Shown here in pieces: positions 11,169-22,260 of a stretch of DNA of 46,240 nucleotides; position 1 is the first letter of the stretch; every line of letters starts with the position of its first letter. A program made the translations under genes and the position numbers. This DNA is from Cytophagales bacterium (GTDB taxonomy: Bacteria; Bacteroidota; Bacteroidia; Cytophagales; UBA9547): the NCBI GenBank assembly GCA_004294265.1, contig REAG01000119.1, positions 1 to 46,240 on the forward strand, read 5' to 3'. The notes beneath the pieces are model-generated. The model searched no databases and was not told the origin of the DNA. It saw only the letters and a list, made by a program, of their open reading frames with translations.

Positions 11169-11437
11169 TGGCTAAAGAATCAGTAAAAGCAAGACAATTA
11201 AAAAGAGAGGCAACTGTTGCTCGTTATGCAGCAAAAAGAAAGTCACTTAAAGAAGCTGGAGATTATTTAGCTTTAGATAAACTTCCTAAAAATGCTTCTC
11301 CTGTAAGACTTCACAATAGATGTAAGTTGACTGGTCGTCCTAAGGGATATATGAGAAAATTTGGAATATGTAGAAATCAATTTCGAGAAATGGCTTCTGC
11401 AGGAAAAATTCCAGGATTAATTAAAGCGAGTTGGTAA
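11168..11437 (+). CDS. rpsN: 30S ribosomal protein S14
   Basis: [22 protein letters not shown] motifs. Confidence 0.99.
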   Translation: MAKESVKARQLKREATVARYAAKRKSLKEAGDYLALDKLPKNASPVRLHNRCKLTGRPKGYMRKFGICRNQFREMASAGKIPGLIKASW

Positions 11438-11461
11438 TATCAAAATTTGGGTTTATATTTG
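11431..11461 (+). promoter_or_regulatory. Probable internal promoter upstream of rpsH
   Basis: TTG (11431-11433), 20-nt spacer, TATATTTG (11454-11461), followed by CAACCC, similar to CAATCC after the rplC -7 box. Confidence 0.65.
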
Positions 11462-11485
11462 CAACCCTTTTAAAAATAACAAAAA

Positions 11486-11881
11486 ATGGATTCAATTGGA
11501 GATTTTCTCACAAGAATTAGAAATGCTTCTATGGCAAGCCATAGAGTGTTAGAAGTTCCTTCTTCTAAGTTAAAAAAAGAAATAGTTAAAGTACTTTTCG
11601 ATAAAGGATATATTCTTAATTATAAATTTGAAGAAGAGGATTCTAAACATCCTTCTATAAAAATTGCGTTAAAGTATAATAATTTTAACAAAAAGAATTC
11701 TATAACTTCTTTAGAAAGAATTTCTAAACCTGGTCTTAGAAAATATGTTCATTTTGAAAAGTTACCTCGTGTACTTAGCGGATTAGGAATTGCTGTAATG
11801 TCCACATCTAAAGGCGTGATGACAGATAAAGAAGCTAGAACATTAAAAATTGGTGGTGAGGTTTTATGTTATGTTTATTAA
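11486..11881 (+). CDS. rpsH: 30S ribosomal protein S8
   Basis: DFLTRIRNA, RISKPGLRKY, STSKGVMTD motifs. Confidence 0.99.
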   Translation: MDSIGDFLTRIRNASMASHRVLEVPSSKLKKEIVKVLFDKGYILNYKFEEEDSKHPSIKIALKYNNFNKKNSITSLERISKPGLRKYVHFEKLPRVLSGLGIAVMSTSKGVMTDKEARTLKIGGEVLCYVY

Positions 11882-11890
11882 TTTGATATT

Positions 11891-12448
11891 ATGTCTAGAA
11901 TTGGTAAAAAATCGATAATGCTTCCTGAAAAAGTGGAAGTTACGCTTGATAAAAGTAACTTGGTTACTGTAAAAGGACCAAAAGGTACTTTATTTCAAAA
12001 AGTTGATGCAGATATTTCTGTAAATATTGAAGGAAAGGATATTTCATTAACCCGTCCCACAGAGCAAAAAAGACACAAAGCTTTACATGGTTTGTATCGT
12101 TCTTTAATTGCAAACATGGTTGAAGGTGTAAGTAATGGATACAAAAAAGAAATCGAACTAGTTGGTGTTGGTTACAAAGCTACTAATCAAGGTAATTTAT
12201 TGGAATTAAGTTTAGGTTTTTCGCATGCTATTTTCTTTAATTTACCATCTGAATTGAAATTGACTACTATTACTGAAAAAGGTAAAAACCCTACTATTGT
12301 TTTAGAGGGAATTGATAAACAGCTTATAGGACAGGTTTCAGCTAAATTAAGATCTTTTAGAAAAGTTGAACCTTATAAAGGTAAAGGTGTTCGTTTTGTT
12401 GGTGAAATTGTAAGAAGAAAAGCTGGTAAAACTTCAGCAAAAAAATAA
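11891..12448 (+). CDS. rplF: 50S ribosomal protein L6
   Basis: MSRIGKK, VKGPKGTL, EPYKGKGVR motifs. Confidence 0.99.
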   Translation: MSRIGKKSIMLPEKVEVTLDKSNLVTVKGPKGTLFQKVDADISVNIEGKDISLTRPTEQKRHKALHGLYRSLIANMVEGVSNGYKKEIELVGVGYKATNQGNLLELSLGFSHAIFFNLPSELKLTTITEKGKNPTIVLEGIDKQLIGQVSAKLRSFRKVEPYKGKGVRFVGEIVRRKAGKTSAKK

Positions 12449-12453
12449 TAATC

Positions 12454-12804
12454 ATGTCAGTAAGTAAAGAAACAAGGAGATTAAAGATACGAACAAAAAT
12501 TCGTAGTAAAATTTCAGGTATTGCGTCAAAACCTCGTTTAGCAGTTTTTAGAAGTAATACTGCTATTTATGCTCAATTAATTGATGATTCTAAGGGTTTA
12601 ACATTGTTAAGTTCATCTTCTTCAAACTTAAAGTTAGAAAAAGGTTCTAAATTTGAAAAATCTAAAACAGTAGGTTTAGAATTAGCTAAATCAGCTATAA
12701 AAAGTGGTATCACTGAAGTTGTTTTTGATAGAGCTGGTTATTTATATCATGGTCGAGTAAAAGCTTTAGCAGAAGGTGCGAGAGAGGGAGGTTTAAAATT
12801 TTAA
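12454..12804 (+). CDS. rplR: 50S ribosomal protein L18
   Basis: PRLAVFRSN, VFDRAGYLYHGRVKALA motifs. Confidence 0.99.
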   Translation: MSVSKETRRLKIRTKIRSKISGIASKPRLAVFRSNTAIYAQLIDDSKGLTLLSSSSSNLKLEKGSKFEKSKTVGLELAKSAIKSGITEVVFDRAGYLYHGRVKALAEGAREGGLKF

Positions 12805-12807
12805 GTT

Positions 12808-13332
12808 ATGTTACAAGGAAATATATCAAAAGCTAAAGCATCTGATTCAGATTTAAAAGATCGTTTAGTTGCTGTTAATAGAGTTGCTAAAGTTGTTAAA
12901 GGTGGTAGAAGATTTAGTTTCTCTGCTATTGTAGTTGTAGGAGATGGAAATGGAGTTGTTGGATATGGGTTAGGTAAAGCTAACGAAATAACGGATGCTA
13001 TTACGAAAGGTATAGATGATGCAAAAAAGAATTTAATTAAAGTTCCTGTTCTTAAAGGAACAGTTCCTCATGAAAGTGAAGGAAACTTTAGTGGCGGTTT
13101 TGTTTTGTTAAAACCAGCTGCTGCTGGAACTGGTGTAATAGCAGGTGGAGCAATGCGTGCAGTTTTGGAAAGTGCTGGTATTAAAGATGTTTTAGCTAAA
13201 TCAAAGGGTTCTTCTAATCCACACAATGTGGTAAAAGCTACTTTTGATGCACTTTCTAGAATGAGAGATGCTTACACGGTTGCTAAACACAGAGGTATTT
13301 CAATGAAAAAAGTTTTTACAGGTCAACAATAA
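12808..13332 (+). CDS. rpsE: 30S ribosomal protein S5
   Basis: [22 protein letters not shown] motifs. Confidence 0.99.
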   Translation: MLQGNISKAKASDSDLKDRLVAVNRVAKVVKGGRRFSFSAIVVVGDGNGVVGYGLGKANEITDAITKGIDDAKKNLIKVPVLKGTVPHESEGNFSGGFVLLKPAAAGTGVIAGGAMRAVLESAGIKDVLAKSKGSSNPHNVVKATFDALSRMRDAYTVAKHRGISMKKVFTGQQ

Positions 13333-13334
13333 TC

Positions 13335-13508
13335 ATGGCAAAAATAGTTATAACTCAGGTTAGAGGAACAATTGACAGACCTTTTGATCAAAAGCGTACA
13401 TTAGTTGCTTTAGGTCTAGGAAAGTTACATAGCAAAGTTGAAGTTGAGGCTACTCCTCAGATTTTGGGTATGGTAAAAAAAGTAAATCATTTAGTTGCTG
13501 TAAAGTAA
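13335..13508 (+). CDS. rpmD: 50S ribosomal protein L30 (57 aa, below the ORF-track cutoff)
   Basis: Manual translation MAKIVITQVRGTIDRPFDQKRTLVALGLGKLHSKVEVEATPQILGMVKKVNHLVAVK, between rpsE and rplO. Confidence 0.97.
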   Translation: MAKIVITQVRGTIDRPFDQKRTLVALGLGKLHSKVEVEATPQILGMVKKVNHLVAVK

Positions 13509-13515
13509 TAATAAT

Positions 13516-13965
13516 ATGAAGTTAAGTAATTTAAGACCTGCTGAAGGTTCGGTTAAAACATCAAAAAGAATAGGACGAGGTCAAGGTTCTGGTAGAGGTG
13601 GTACTTCTACAAAAGGTCATAAAGGAGCTCAGTCTAGAACAGGATATAAAATAAAAATGGGTTTTGAAGGTGGGCAAATGCCTCTTCAAAGACGTATTCC
13701 TAAATTCGGATTTACAAATATTAATAAAATATATAGTAAAGCTATAAATTTAGATGTTTTACAAAATTTAGTTGATACTAAAAATATCTTTGATATTGAT
13801 TTTGATGTTTTATATACAAACGGATTAGTTTCAAAAAGTGATGTTGTTAAAGTTTTAGGTCGTGGTGAGCTAAAATCAAAAATTAATGTTAAGTTAAATT
13901 CATTTTCAAAAACTGCTTCTGATGCTATTACAAGCCTAGGCGGAACTTTTGAAATTGTTAAATAA
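13516..13965 (+). CDS. rplO: 50S ribosomal protein L15
   Basis: RIGRGQGSG, GFEGGQMPLQRRIPKFGF motifs. Confidence 0.99.
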   Translation: MKLSNLRPAEGSVKTSKRIGRGQGSGRGGTSTKGHKGAQSRTGYKIKMGFEGGQMPLQRRIPKFGFTNINKIYSKAINLDVLQNLVDTKNIFDIDFDVLYTNGLVSKSDVVKVLGRGELKSKINVKLNSFSKTASDAITSLGGTFEIVK

Positions 13966-13970
13966 ATATT

Positions 13971-15287
13971 ATGAAACGCCTAATAGATACATTTAATAAT
14001 ATTTTTGCTATAGAAGAACTAAAAAACCGTATAATAGCAACTTTGGGATTTTTACTTATCTTTAGGTTAGGATCTTATGTAGTTTTACCTGGATTAGATT
14101 CAACTAAATTAACTAAAAATACTGGTGGTATTTTAGGTCTTTTAGATACTATCTTAGGAGGTGCTTTTAGTAATGCGTCTGTTTTTGCTTTAGGTATTAT
14201 GCCCTATATATCTGCTTCAATTGTTTTACAACTTCTTACAATTGCAGTGCCATACTTTCAGAAAATGCAAAAGGAAGGTGAGTCTGGAAGAAAAAAAATA
14301 AACCAAATAACGAGAATACTTACTATTATAGTAACTTTTTTTCAATCTATAGGTTATGTATCTGCAACTATTCCTCAAGATGCTATATTAATCGATCCTT
14401 TTTTATTTAAAGCTTCTGCTATTTTAATTCTTATTTCAGGTACAATGTTTTGTATGTGGTTAGGTGAAAGAATTACCGACAGAGGTATAGGTAATGGAAT
14501 TTCAATGTTGATAATGGTTGGCATTATATCTCGTTTTCCTGGTGCTATTTATCAAGAAGCTGCTTCAAAAGGTATGTCTGGAGCTCTATTCTTTGTGGTT
14601 GAACTAGTAGCATTGTTTTTTGTTGTTATGGCTGTTATTATGCTTACTCAAGCTACAAGAAAAATACCAGTACAATATGCTAAGCAAGTTGTTGGAGGTC
14701 AAACTGTTGGTGGACAACGCCAATATATTCCCTTAAAGTTAAATACTTCAGGTGTAATGCCTATAATTTTTGCTCAATCACTCATGTTTTTACCTGCAAT
14801 GGTTGCTTCTATTTGGTCTGACTCAAGTGATTTAGCTAATAGTATTGGTACTACTTTTTCAAATTACACCTCATGGCAATATAATTTAGTTTTTGGTGTT
14901 TTGATTTTGTTATTTACATTTTTTTACACTGCTATTGCTGTTAATCCAATACAAATGGCTGAAGATATTAAAAGAAACAACGGTTTTGTTCCTGGTATAA
15001 AACCGGGTTCTCCAACGTCCGATTTTATTGATAATGTAATATCACGTATAACTTTACCTGGGGCATTATTTTTGGTTGCTATTGCTATATTACCTGCATT
15101 TGCTTCATTATTTGGCTTGACACGTGAGTTTTCTCAGTTTTTTGGAGGCACCTCATTGTTAATTATGGTGGGAGTTGTTTTAGATACACTTCAACAAGTA
15201 GAAAGTTATTTATTAATGAAAAGATACGATGGTTTAATGAAATCTGGTAGGGTTAAGGGTAGAGTAGAAACTGTTGATAATATTTAA
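13971..15287 (+). CDS. secY: Preprotein translocase subunit SecY
   Basis: SVFALGIMPYISASI, GIGNGIS, GVMPIIFA, FFGGTSLLI motifs; multiple TM segments. Confidence 0.99.
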   Translation: MKRLIDTFNNIFAIEELKNRIIATLGFLLIFRLGSYVVLPGLDSTKLTKNTGGILGLLDTILGGAFSNASVFALGIMPYISASIVLQLLTIAVPYFQKMQKEGESGRKKINQITRILTIIVTFFQSIGYVSATIPQDAILIDPFLFKASAILILISGTMFCMWLGERITDRGIGNGISMLIMVGIISRFPGAIYQEAASKGMSGALFFVVELVALFFVVMAVIMLTQATRKIPVQYAKQVVGGQTVGGQRQYIPLKLNTSGVMPIIFAQSLMFLPAMVASIWSDSSDLANSIGTTFSNYTSWQYNLVFGVLILLFTFFYTAIAVNPIQMAEDIKRNNGFVPGIKPGSPTSDFIDNVISRITLPGALFLVAIAILPAFASLFGLTREFSQFFGGTSLLIMVGVVLDTLQQVESYLLMKRYDGLMKSGRVKGRVETVDNI

Positions 15288-15295
15288 TTAAAATT

Positions 15296-16087
15296 ATGTT
15301 TTGGGAAAGATCCAAAATTTCATATAAATCAATAGAAGAAGTAAATCTTATAAGAGAGAGTGCTGATATATTGGGAAGAGTACATGGATTATTATCTAAA
15401 GAAATAAAAGAAGGTTTAACAACTATTAAATTAGATTCTTTAGCATATGATTTTATTATGGATAATAAATCTAAACCTAGTTTTCTAAAGTATAGAGATT
15501 TTCCTAATACATTGTGTGTTTCTGTTAATAATACAGTTGTACATGGTCTTCCTAGTAATTATGTTTTACAAGATGGAGATATTGTATCAATTGATTGTGG
15601 TGTATTAAAAAATGGTTTTCATGCAGACTCTGCATATACTTACAGAGTAGGTAATATTACTGAGGATGCAAAAAGGTTATTAAAAACGACTTATGATTCT
15701 TTGTATAAGGGTATTTCAGTATCCAAATCAGGACAAAGGGTTGGAGATATTGGTTTTACAGTTCAAAGTTATTGCGAAAACTTAGGTTATTCTGTAGTAA
15801 GAGAGTTGGTTGGTCATGGAGTTGGTGCATCTTTACACGAAGAACCTGAGGTTCCTAATTTTGGTCAAAGAGGTAAAGGACATAAATTAATTAAAGGTAT
15901 GGTTTTAGCGATAGAACCAATGATTAATTTAGGAAGAAAAGAAGTTTATCAAGAAAGCGATGGATGGACAGTGAATACAGTTGATGGAAAATTATCTGCT
16001 CATTTTGAACATACAGTTTTAATTACTGATAAAAATCCAGAAATATTAACGACATTTGAATATATATCAGAACATCAAAAAGTATAA
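15296..16087 (+). CDS. map: Methionine aminopeptidase type I
   Basis: VVHGLP, DIVSIDCG, GHGVG, AIEPM, SAHFEHT metal-binding motifs. Confidence 0.98.
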   Translation: MFWERSKISYKSIEEVNLIRESADILGRVHGLLSKEIKEGLTTIKLDSLAYDFIMDNKSKPSFLKYRDFPNTLCVSVNNTVVHGLPSNYVLQDGDIVSIDCGVLKNGFHADSAYTYRVGNITEDAKRLLKTTYDSLYKGISVSKSGQRVGDIGFTVQSYCENLGYSVVRELVGHGVGASLHEEPEVPNFGQRGKGHKLIKGMVLAIEPMINLGRKEVYQESDGWTVNTVDGKLSAHFEHTVLITDKNPEILTTFEYISEHQKV

Positions 16088-16306
16088 ATGGCTAAGCAAG
16101 GTTCTATTGAACAAGACGGTTTAATTACAGAAGCATTATCAAATGCTATGTTTAAAGTTGAATTACAAAATGGTCATGAAGTAATTTGTCATATTTCTGG
16201 AAAGATGAGGATGAATTATATTAAGATTTTACCAGGAGATAAAGTTAAAGTACAAATGTCTCCTTATGATTTATCAAAAGGAAGAATTACATTAAGATAT
16301 AAGTAG
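16088..16306 (+). CDS. infA: Translation initiation factor IF-1
   Basis: [29 protein letters not shown] motifs. Confidence 0.99.
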   Translation: MAKQGSIEQDGLITEALSNAMFKVELQNGHEVICHISGKMRMNYIKILPGDKVKVQMSPYDLSKGRITLRYK

Positions 16307-16311
16307 TTATT

Positions 16312-16428
16312 ATGAAAGTTAAAGCGTCAATTAAAAAAAGAAGTGTCGACTGCAAAATTATACGCAGAAAAGGCAAATTATTTGTAATTAATAAAAAGAA
16401 TCCACGTTACAAACAAAGACAAGGTTAA
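16312..16428 (+). CDS. rpmJ: 50S ribosomal protein L36 (38 aa, no zinc ribbon)
   Basis: Manual translation [38 protein letters not shown], between infA and rpsM. Confidence 0.97.
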   Translation: MKVKASIKKRSVDCKIIRRKGKLFVINKKNPRYKQRQG

Positions 16429-16439
16429 TAAAAATCGAT

Positions 16440-16817
16440 ATGGCAAGGATAGCAGGTGTAGATATACCAGATAATAAACGAGGTGAAATTTCTCTTACAT
16501 ACATTTATGGTATAGGTAAGAGTTCTTCTCAACAAATTTTATCAAAGGCAGGTGTTTCTGTTGATAAAAAAGTTAAAGATTGGTCTGAAGAAGAAGCGAA
16601 TTCAATTCGTGGTATAATTTCAACGGATCATAAAACTGAAGGTGTATTAAAGTCAGAAATTCAACTTTCTATTAAAAGGTTAATGGATATTGGTTGTTAT
16701 CGTGGTTTAAGACATCGTAAAGGTTTACCTGTTAGAGGTCAAAGAACTAAAAATAATTCTCGTACAAGAAAAGGTAAGAGAAAAACAGTTGCTAACAAAA
16801 AGAAAGCCACTAAATAA
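16440..16817 (+). CDS. rpsM: 30S ribosomal protein S13
   Basis: [28 protein letters not shown] motifs. Confidence 0.99.
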   Translation: MARIAGVDIPDNKRGEISLTYIYGIGKSSSQQILSKAGVSVDKKVKDWSEEEANSIRGIISTDHKTEGVLKSEIQLSIKRLMDIGCYRGLRHRKGLPVRGQRTKNNSRTRKGKRKTVANKKKATK

Positions 16818-16835
16818 TATATAATTATCAAAAAA

Positions 16836-17228
16836 ATGGCACAAAAGAAAAAAGATAAATCTAAGAAAAGAGTTGTAGTAGTAGAGCCAATTGGTGAAGT
16901 GCATATACAAGCAACTTTTAATAATATAATAATATCTATTACCAATTCTAATGGTCAAGTAATTTCTTGGGGTTCTGCTGGTAAAATGGGTTTTAAAGGT
17001 TCTAAAAAAAATACACCCTATGCGGCTCAATTAGCTGCATCAAGTGCAGCTCAGGTTGCTTTTGAATTAGGAATGCGTAAAGCAGTTGTATTTGTAAAAG
17101 GTCCTGGTTCTGGCAGAGAATCTGCCATTAGAACTATTCAAAATACTGGAATTGAAGTTACAACAATAAAAGATATTACTCCAATTCCTCATAATGGTTG
17201 TCGTCCACCAAAGAAGAGAAGAGTATAA
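16836..17228 (+). CDS. rpsK: 30S ribosomal protein S11
   Basis: [34 protein letters not shown] motifs. Confidence 0.99.
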   Translation: MAQKKKDKSKKRVVVVEPIGEVHIQATFNNIIISITNSNGQVISWGSAGKMGFKGSKKNTPYAAQLAASSAAQVAFELGMRKAVVFVKGPGSGRESAIRTIQNTGIEVTTIKDITPIPHNGCRPPKKRRV

Positions 17229-17248
17229 TACTTTAATAAAAATTTAAA

Positions 17249-17854
17249 ATGGCAAGATATACAGGCCCTAAGGCAAAAATTTCAAGAAGATTTGGAGAAC
17301 CTATTTTAGGTCATAGCAAAGCTTTACAAAAAAAGAATTATGCACCTGGAATGCATGGTAAAGGTAAACGTGGAAAAAAATCTGAATATGCTGTTCAATT
17401 AGCTGAAAAACAAAAAGCTAAATATACTTACGGTTTACTTGAAAGACAATTCGCAAAAACTTTTGAATTAGCTGCAAGAAAGGATGGTATAACTGGTGAG
17501 AATTTATTAAAATTCTTAGAAGCAAGATTAGATAATACTGTTTATAGATTGGGAATTGCTCCAACTAGAAGAGCTGCTCGTCAATTAGTAGGTCATAATC
17601 ATATTTTAGTTAACGGAAGTTTAGTTAACATTCCATCTATGATTTTGAAAGCTGGAGATAGTATAGCTGTGAGAGAAAAATCTAAATCTTTAGAAACTAT
17701 TACTGCTTCATTATCAGCTAGAACATCTAAAAGATTTAATTGGCTTGAGTGGGATACGACTATGATGACAGGGAAAATTATTAACTATCCTGATCGTCAA
17801 TCAATTCCTGAAAATATCAACGAACAATTGATTGTTGAATTATATTCTAAATAA
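17249..17854 (+). CDS. rpsD: 30S ribosomal protein S4
   Basis: [28 protein letters not shown] motifs. Confidence 0.99.
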   Translation: MARYTGPKAKISRRFGEPILGHSKALQKKNYAPGMHGKGKRGKKSEYAVQLAEKQKAKYTYGLLERQFAKTFELAARKDGITGENLLKFLEARLDNTVYRLGIAPTRRAARQLVGHNHILVNGSLVNIPSMILKAGDSIAVREKSKSLETITASLSARTSKRFNWLEWDTTMMTGKIINYPDRQSIPENINEQLIVELYSK

Positions 17855-17878
17855 TACATTAATTATAACCATATACAA

Positions 17879-18871
17879 ATGTCTATATTAGCATTTCAAA
17901 TGCCTGACAAAGTTGTCATGGAAAAAGCCGATGACTTTAAAGGTTTCTTCGAATTCAAGCCATTAGAAAGAGGTTTTGGTGTAACTATCGGTAACGCTTT
18001 AAGACGAATTTTGCTTTCTTCTCTTGAAGGCTATGCAATTACATCCATTAAAATAAGTGGTGTTTTGCATGAATTTTCAACAATCGAAGGCGTAAAAGAG
18101 GATGTTAGTGAAATTATTTTAAATCTTAAAAAAGTAAGGTTTAAAAAAGTACCTGATGTTATGTTAGATAATCGGGTGTCATTATCTTGTAAGAATAAAG
18201 AGGTATTTACTGCTGGTATGCTTCAGGATTCTACTTCTTGTTTTCAAATATTAAATCCTGATTTTGTAATTTGCAATTTTGCCCCATCTACAAAGTTTGA
18301 GATTGAATTAACTGTTGAAAAAGGTAGAGGTTATGTTCCTTCAGAAGAGCATAAATTTACAGATCAAGTTCTAGGAGTTATCCCTATTGATTCGATTTTT
18401 ACGCCTATCAAGAATGTTAAATATACTATTGAAAATACTCGTGTAGAGCAAAAAACAGATTACGAGAAATTACTATTAGAGATTGATACTGATGGTTCTA
18501 TACATCCTGAAGAAGCTCTAAAAGGTGCAGCCTATATTCTTATTCAACATTTCATGTTGTTTTCTGATAAAACTATGACTTTTGAAAGTGTTAAAGCTGA
18601 AGAAGTTGAAACTGTTGATGAAGAGTATTTACATATGCGTAAATTATTGAAAACATCTTTAGCTGATTTAGATTTATCTGTTCGTGCTTATAATTGCTTA
18701 AAAGCGGCTGATGTTAAATCACTAGGTGATTTGGCTTCTTTAGATGTATCGGATATGATGAAATTTAGAAACTTTGGAAAAAAATCTTTAGCTGAATTGG
18801 AGCAATTAATGTCTGATAAAAATCTCCGCTTTGGAATGGATACTGTAAAATATAAATTAGACGAAGATTAA
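17879..18871 (+). CDS. rpoA: RNA polymerase subunit alpha
   Basis: [47 protein letters not shown] motifs. Confidence 0.99.
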   Translation: MSILAFQMPDKVVMEKADDFKGFFEFKPLERGFGVTIGNALRRILLSSLEGYAITSIKISGVLHEFSTIEGVKEDVSEIILNLKKVRFKKVPDVMLDNRVSLSCKNKEVFTAGMLQDSTSCFQILNPDFVICNFAPSTKFEIELTVEKGRGYVPSEEHKFTDQVLGVIPIDSIFTPIKNVKYTIENTRVEQKTDYEKLLLEIDTDGSIHPEEALKGAAYILIQHFMLFSDKTMTFESVKAEEVETVDEEYLHMRKLLKTSLADLDLSVRAYNCLKAADVKSLGDLASLDVSDMMKFRNFGKKSLAELEQLMSDKNLRFGMDTVKYKLDED

Positions 18872-18873
18872 TT

Positions 18874-19350
18874 ATGAGACACGGAAAAACTGACAACCAT
18901 TTAGGTAGAACTTCTCAACACCGTCAAGCGTTGTTGAAAAATATGGCTAGCTCGTTGATAATTCATAAAAGAATTGAAACAACTGTTGCTAAGGCTAAAG
19001 AATTAAAAAAATACGTAGAACCTCTTTTAACTAAATCTAAAGATGATACTACGCATTCTCGCAGAACTGTTTTTTCATATCTACAAAATAAAGATTCTAT
19101 AAAAGAACTTTATAATACAGTAGCTGAAAAGATAGCAAATCGTCCTGGTGGATATACTCGTATTATTAGACTTGGTAATCGTTTAGGTGATAATGCTGAT
19201 ATGTGTATTATGGAATTAGTAGATTTCAATTTGTTGTATAGTAACTCTAAAGAGGATGCTAAACCTAAAACAAGAAGAAGTCGAAAATCATCTGCTAAAA
19301 CTTCTGATGCTGTTGAACCAACATCTGATGATATTTCAAATAAAGAATAG
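18874..19350 (+). CDS. rplQ: 50S ribosomal protein L17
   Basis: [24 protein letters not shown] motifs. Confidence 0.99.
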   Translation: MRHGKTDNHLGRTSQHRQALLKNMASSLIIHKRIETTVAKAKELKKYVEPLLTKSKDDTTHSRRTVFSYLQNKDSIKELYNTVAEKIANRPGGYTRIIRLGNRLGDNADMCIMELVDFNLLYSNSKEDAKPKTRRSRKSSAKTSDAVEPTSDDISNKE

Positions 19351-19352
19351 TT

Positions 19353-19392
19353 ATAAAAAAACAGATTATTTTAAAATAATCTGTTTTTTTAT
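19353..19392. terminator. Probable bidirectional intrinsic terminator (perfect 40-bp palindrome)
   Basis: ATAAAAAAACAGATTATTTT|AAAATAATCTGTTTTTTTAT between convergent rplQ and the DinB gene; gives a U-tract on both strands. Confidence 0.8.
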
Positions 19393-19445
19393 GTTAATTA
19401 AAATATAAAATACTTTATTTTCTGGTTTTTTATTAAAAATATTTT

Positions 19446-19916
19446 TTACCAAAATTCAGGAAAAGTTCTACAATATTTTATATAATCAACTTTAGGAGCT
19501 TCTAATTTTAAGTCACTAATTTTGTAAGTTATTTGTCCTCTGTGATGTGCTGAATGATTTGCAATATGAATAAAAATATCAAATAATGTATTAAAGTATT
19601 TTTCTTCATTTGTAGTAATATATTCTATTTTATCTGTTAAATCTCTTGGTTTGATTTTAGATATATATTCTATATAAAATGATGAAATTTCATCATTCAT
19701 TTCTTTTAGTTTTGATGTGTTGTGAATATCCCAAATTTGGTAATTAAATTTCTTTTTTGGATAAAAACGAGCAAACCAAACGTATTGAGCATTCAAAATA
19801 TGACTTATGTTTTTATTTATACTGGCTTCAGTTATTTTATTCTTTTCAATTGCTTCTATTATGCTTTCATTTGCCCAATGATTGAAATTAAAAAGTCGAA
19901 TTAAATATTCTTTCAT
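19446..19916 (-). CDS. DinB family protein
   Basis: FNHWAN, SHILNAQYVW, HIANHSAHHRGQI histidine motifs. Confidence 0.9.
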   Translation of the reverse strand: MKEYLIRLFNFNHWANESIIEAIEKNKITEASINKNISHILNAQYVWFARFYPKKKFNYQIWDIHNTSKLKEMNDEISSFYIEYISKIKPRDLTDKIEYITTNEEKYFNTLFDIFIHIANHSAHHRGQITYKISDLKLEAPKVDYIKYCRTFPEFW

Positions 19917-19992
19917 TTTAGTATGTGTTTACTTGTGAGTTATATTTTTAAAAATATAATATTTTCTTATTTATAGTTAATTTATTAAATAT

Positions 19993-22023
19993 TTAGACTT
20001 TATTTTTTAATTCTAAAATTAAAGCTGTTCTATTTGTAAGGTATAAACTTAAAATATTATTTTCGCCCTGAAGTTGTGTAATATAATCCATTTTATTATC
20101 AATTCTATTTTGTCCGCCAAAATTTGCGGCATCTGAATTTAATATAATTTTATATACGCCACTTTGTGGAACTTTAAATCGATAATCAAATATAGAATTT
20201 AATGGATTAAAATTAAAAACAAATATTAAGTTATTTCTTTCAAAAATGATCACTTTATTATTTTCATCCATGTTTAATTGAGATGCAGGCAATGATTGTA
20301 TCATTTTTTTGTTTTGACAAAGATGTATCATATCTGCATCAAATTTATTTAAAAAACGATATTTTAATTTTTCATTATCAACCAAGCTCCATTGTCTGCG
20401 TGCATATTTATAACTCCAATTATTTCCTTCTCTTGGGAAATCTATCCATTCTGGATGCCCAAATTCATTTCCAATAAAATTCATGTAACCTTCACCTCCT
20501 AATGAAAGTGTAATTAAACGAATCATTTTGTGTAATGCCATGCCCCTTTCAATTACATAGTCTTTATCTTCTTCGTCCATGTGCCAATACATTTCTTTGT
20601 CCATGAGCCAAAAAGCGAGTGTTTTATCACCTACAAGTGCTTGGTCGTGCGATTCTGCATAGCAAATTGTCTTTTCTTTCCACCTTCTGTTCGTTAAAGT
20701 TGAGTATAATTCATGTATATTCCACTCTTCATCACGAGTATGTTTTAGTAATTTTATCCAAAAGTCAGGTATTCCCATCCCTAATCTATAATCAAATCCA
20801 AGTCCTCCATCATCTGGAGTTCTGCAACCTCCTGGCATTCCACTCATATCCTCGCCTACTGTAAAAGCACCTTTTTTAAGTGAATGTACCAAATCATTGG
20901 CAAGAGTTAGGTACGTTACTGCATCCCAATCGACTTGAGATTTGAAATATTTATCATAATGATCGAAGGCTTCGTAAATTCCGTGATGTTCATAAAGCAT
21001 GGATGTAACGCCATCAAATCTAAATCCATCAAAATGAAATTCTTCTATCCAATATTTGAGGTTAGAAAGTAAAAATTGCGTTACTTCCCATTTTCCATAG
21101 TTAAATAATCTTGAATCCCATTGGTCGTGGTAACCTTTTCCGCCTTCATGAAAATATTGATATTCGGTACCATCTAATTGATTTAATCCCTCATCAAAGT
21201 TTTTTACAGCATGAGAATGGACTATATCCATTATAATTGCAATTCCTAATTTATGAGCTTGATTGACTAAATATTTTAAGTCTTCAGGAGTTCCGAATCG
21301 TGAGCTTGGAGCAAAATAATTTGAAACATGGTATCCAAACGAACCATAATAAGGGTGTTCGGCAATTGCCATCAATTGTATGGTATTGTATCCAAGTTTA
21401 TGAATTCTTGGCAAAACTTTATCGGCAAATTCACTGTAAGTTCCAACATTTTCTTTTTCAAGCGACATTCCAATATGAGCTTCATAAATTAATGGCATTT
21501 TCCCTTGATTTACTTCAAATTCTTTGTCTTCCCACTTAAACTCAGTTTTAGGTGCCCAATGTTGTCCTGAGAAAACTTTCGTATTTTCATCTTGAAAAGC
21601 CCTTTTTATATAAGCTGGAATTCTATCATGGTTTCCATTACTCGATTTTATATGAACTTTTAAAAGACTTTCGTGTTTAAAGGTTGATGAATAATCTGAA
21701 TCTGAAAGAAATATTTCCCAAATACCAGACTCGTTTTTTGTCAAAGGATGTGTTTCTCGGTTCCAATTATTAAAATCTCCGATTAAATAAAGTGCATGAG
21801 CTCCTGAAGCCCATTCTCTATACCAAAATCCTTTTTTATTTTCATCATAATTTATTCCAAAATATTTATATGCATCTGCAAATTGACTTAAACTTCCAGC
21901 ATGATTTTCAAATTCTTTTTTCTTGTCTAAATATCTTTTTTTGCGATTTAAAATATCCTCTTCATAAGGCTCTAACCATGGATCGTCAATTATTAACTGT
22001 ATTTTTGAATTAGAGTTAGACAT
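19993..22023 (-). CDS. glgB: 1,4-alpha-glucan branching enzyme (GH13, eukaryote-like subfamily common in Bacteroidota)
   Basis: IYEAHIG, EHPYYGSFGYHV, DGFRFDGVTSM, GEDMSG, YAESHDQ, GNEFGHPEWIDFP motifs. Confidence 0.93.
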   Translation of the reverse strand: MSNSNSKIQLIIDDPWLEPYEEDILNRKKRYLDKKKEFENHAGSLSQFADAYKYFGINYDENKKGFWYREWASGAHALYLIGDFNNWNRETHPLTKNESGIWEIFLSDSDYSSTFKHESLLKVHIKSSNGNHDRIPAYIKRAFQDENTKVFSGQHWAPKTEFKWEDKEFEVNQGKMPLIYEAHIGMSLEKENVGTYSEFADKVLPRIHKLGYNTIQLMAIAEHPYYGSFGYHVSNYFAPSSRFGTPEDLKYLVNQAHKLGIAIIMDIVHSHAVKNFDEGLNQLDGTEYQYFHEGGKGYHDQWDSRLFNYGKWEVTQFLLSNLKYWIEEFHFDGFRFDGVTSMLYEHHGIYEAFDHYDKYFKSQVDWDAVTYLTLANDLVHSLKKGAFTVGEDMSGMPGGCRTPDDGGLGFDYRLGMGIPDFWIKLLKHTRDEEWNIHELYSTLTNRRWKEKTICYAESHDQALVGDKTLAFWLMDKEMYWHMDEEDKDYVIERGMALHKMIRLITLSLGGEGYMNFIGNEFGHPEWIDFPREGNNWSYKYARRQWSLVDNEKLKYRFLNKFDADMIHLCQNKKMIQSLPASQLNMDENNKVIIFERNNLIFVFNFNPLNSIFDYRFKVPQSGVYKIILNSDAANFGGQNRIDNKMDYITQLQGENNILSLYLTNRTALILELKNKV

Positions 22024-22126
22024 ATATTAATTTGTTTATTATTTTTATTTGTGTACGTTAATTTAAAATTTAAAGATGTTTTTAGAAGAACTATTTTTAA
22101 ATTTGTGAATTTATTTTAATTGCAAT

Positions 22127-22134
22127 CAAATATA
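22127..22134 (-). promoter_or_regulatory. Possible -7 promoter box for glgB
   Basis: TATATTTG on the minus strand about 100 nt upstream of the glgB start; the -33 match is only partial. Confidence 0.4.
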
Positions 22135-22260
22135 ACATAATTAGAATAGTATCAATCAATTTAATTTTATTTGAAAAAGAATTTTTGATTTTTTTTAAGA
22201 AAATTTTAATAAATTTCTTTAAAATTTTTATTTGTTCAATTATAAAGAAATTAGTTGTAT

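Noticed and set aside
15287-15296. No adk between secY and map
   Set aside because: secY-map-infA without adk is the ordinary Bacteroidota arrangement
16312-16428. Zinc-free L36 (and S14 lacking a full zinc ribbon) as a zinc-starvation adaptation
   Set aside because: These forms are the usual operon-encoded versions in Bacteroidota
19993-22023. Eukaryote-like branching enzyme as a recent gene transfer
   Set aside because: This GH13 type is widespread in Bacteroidota and nothing here marks it as foreign
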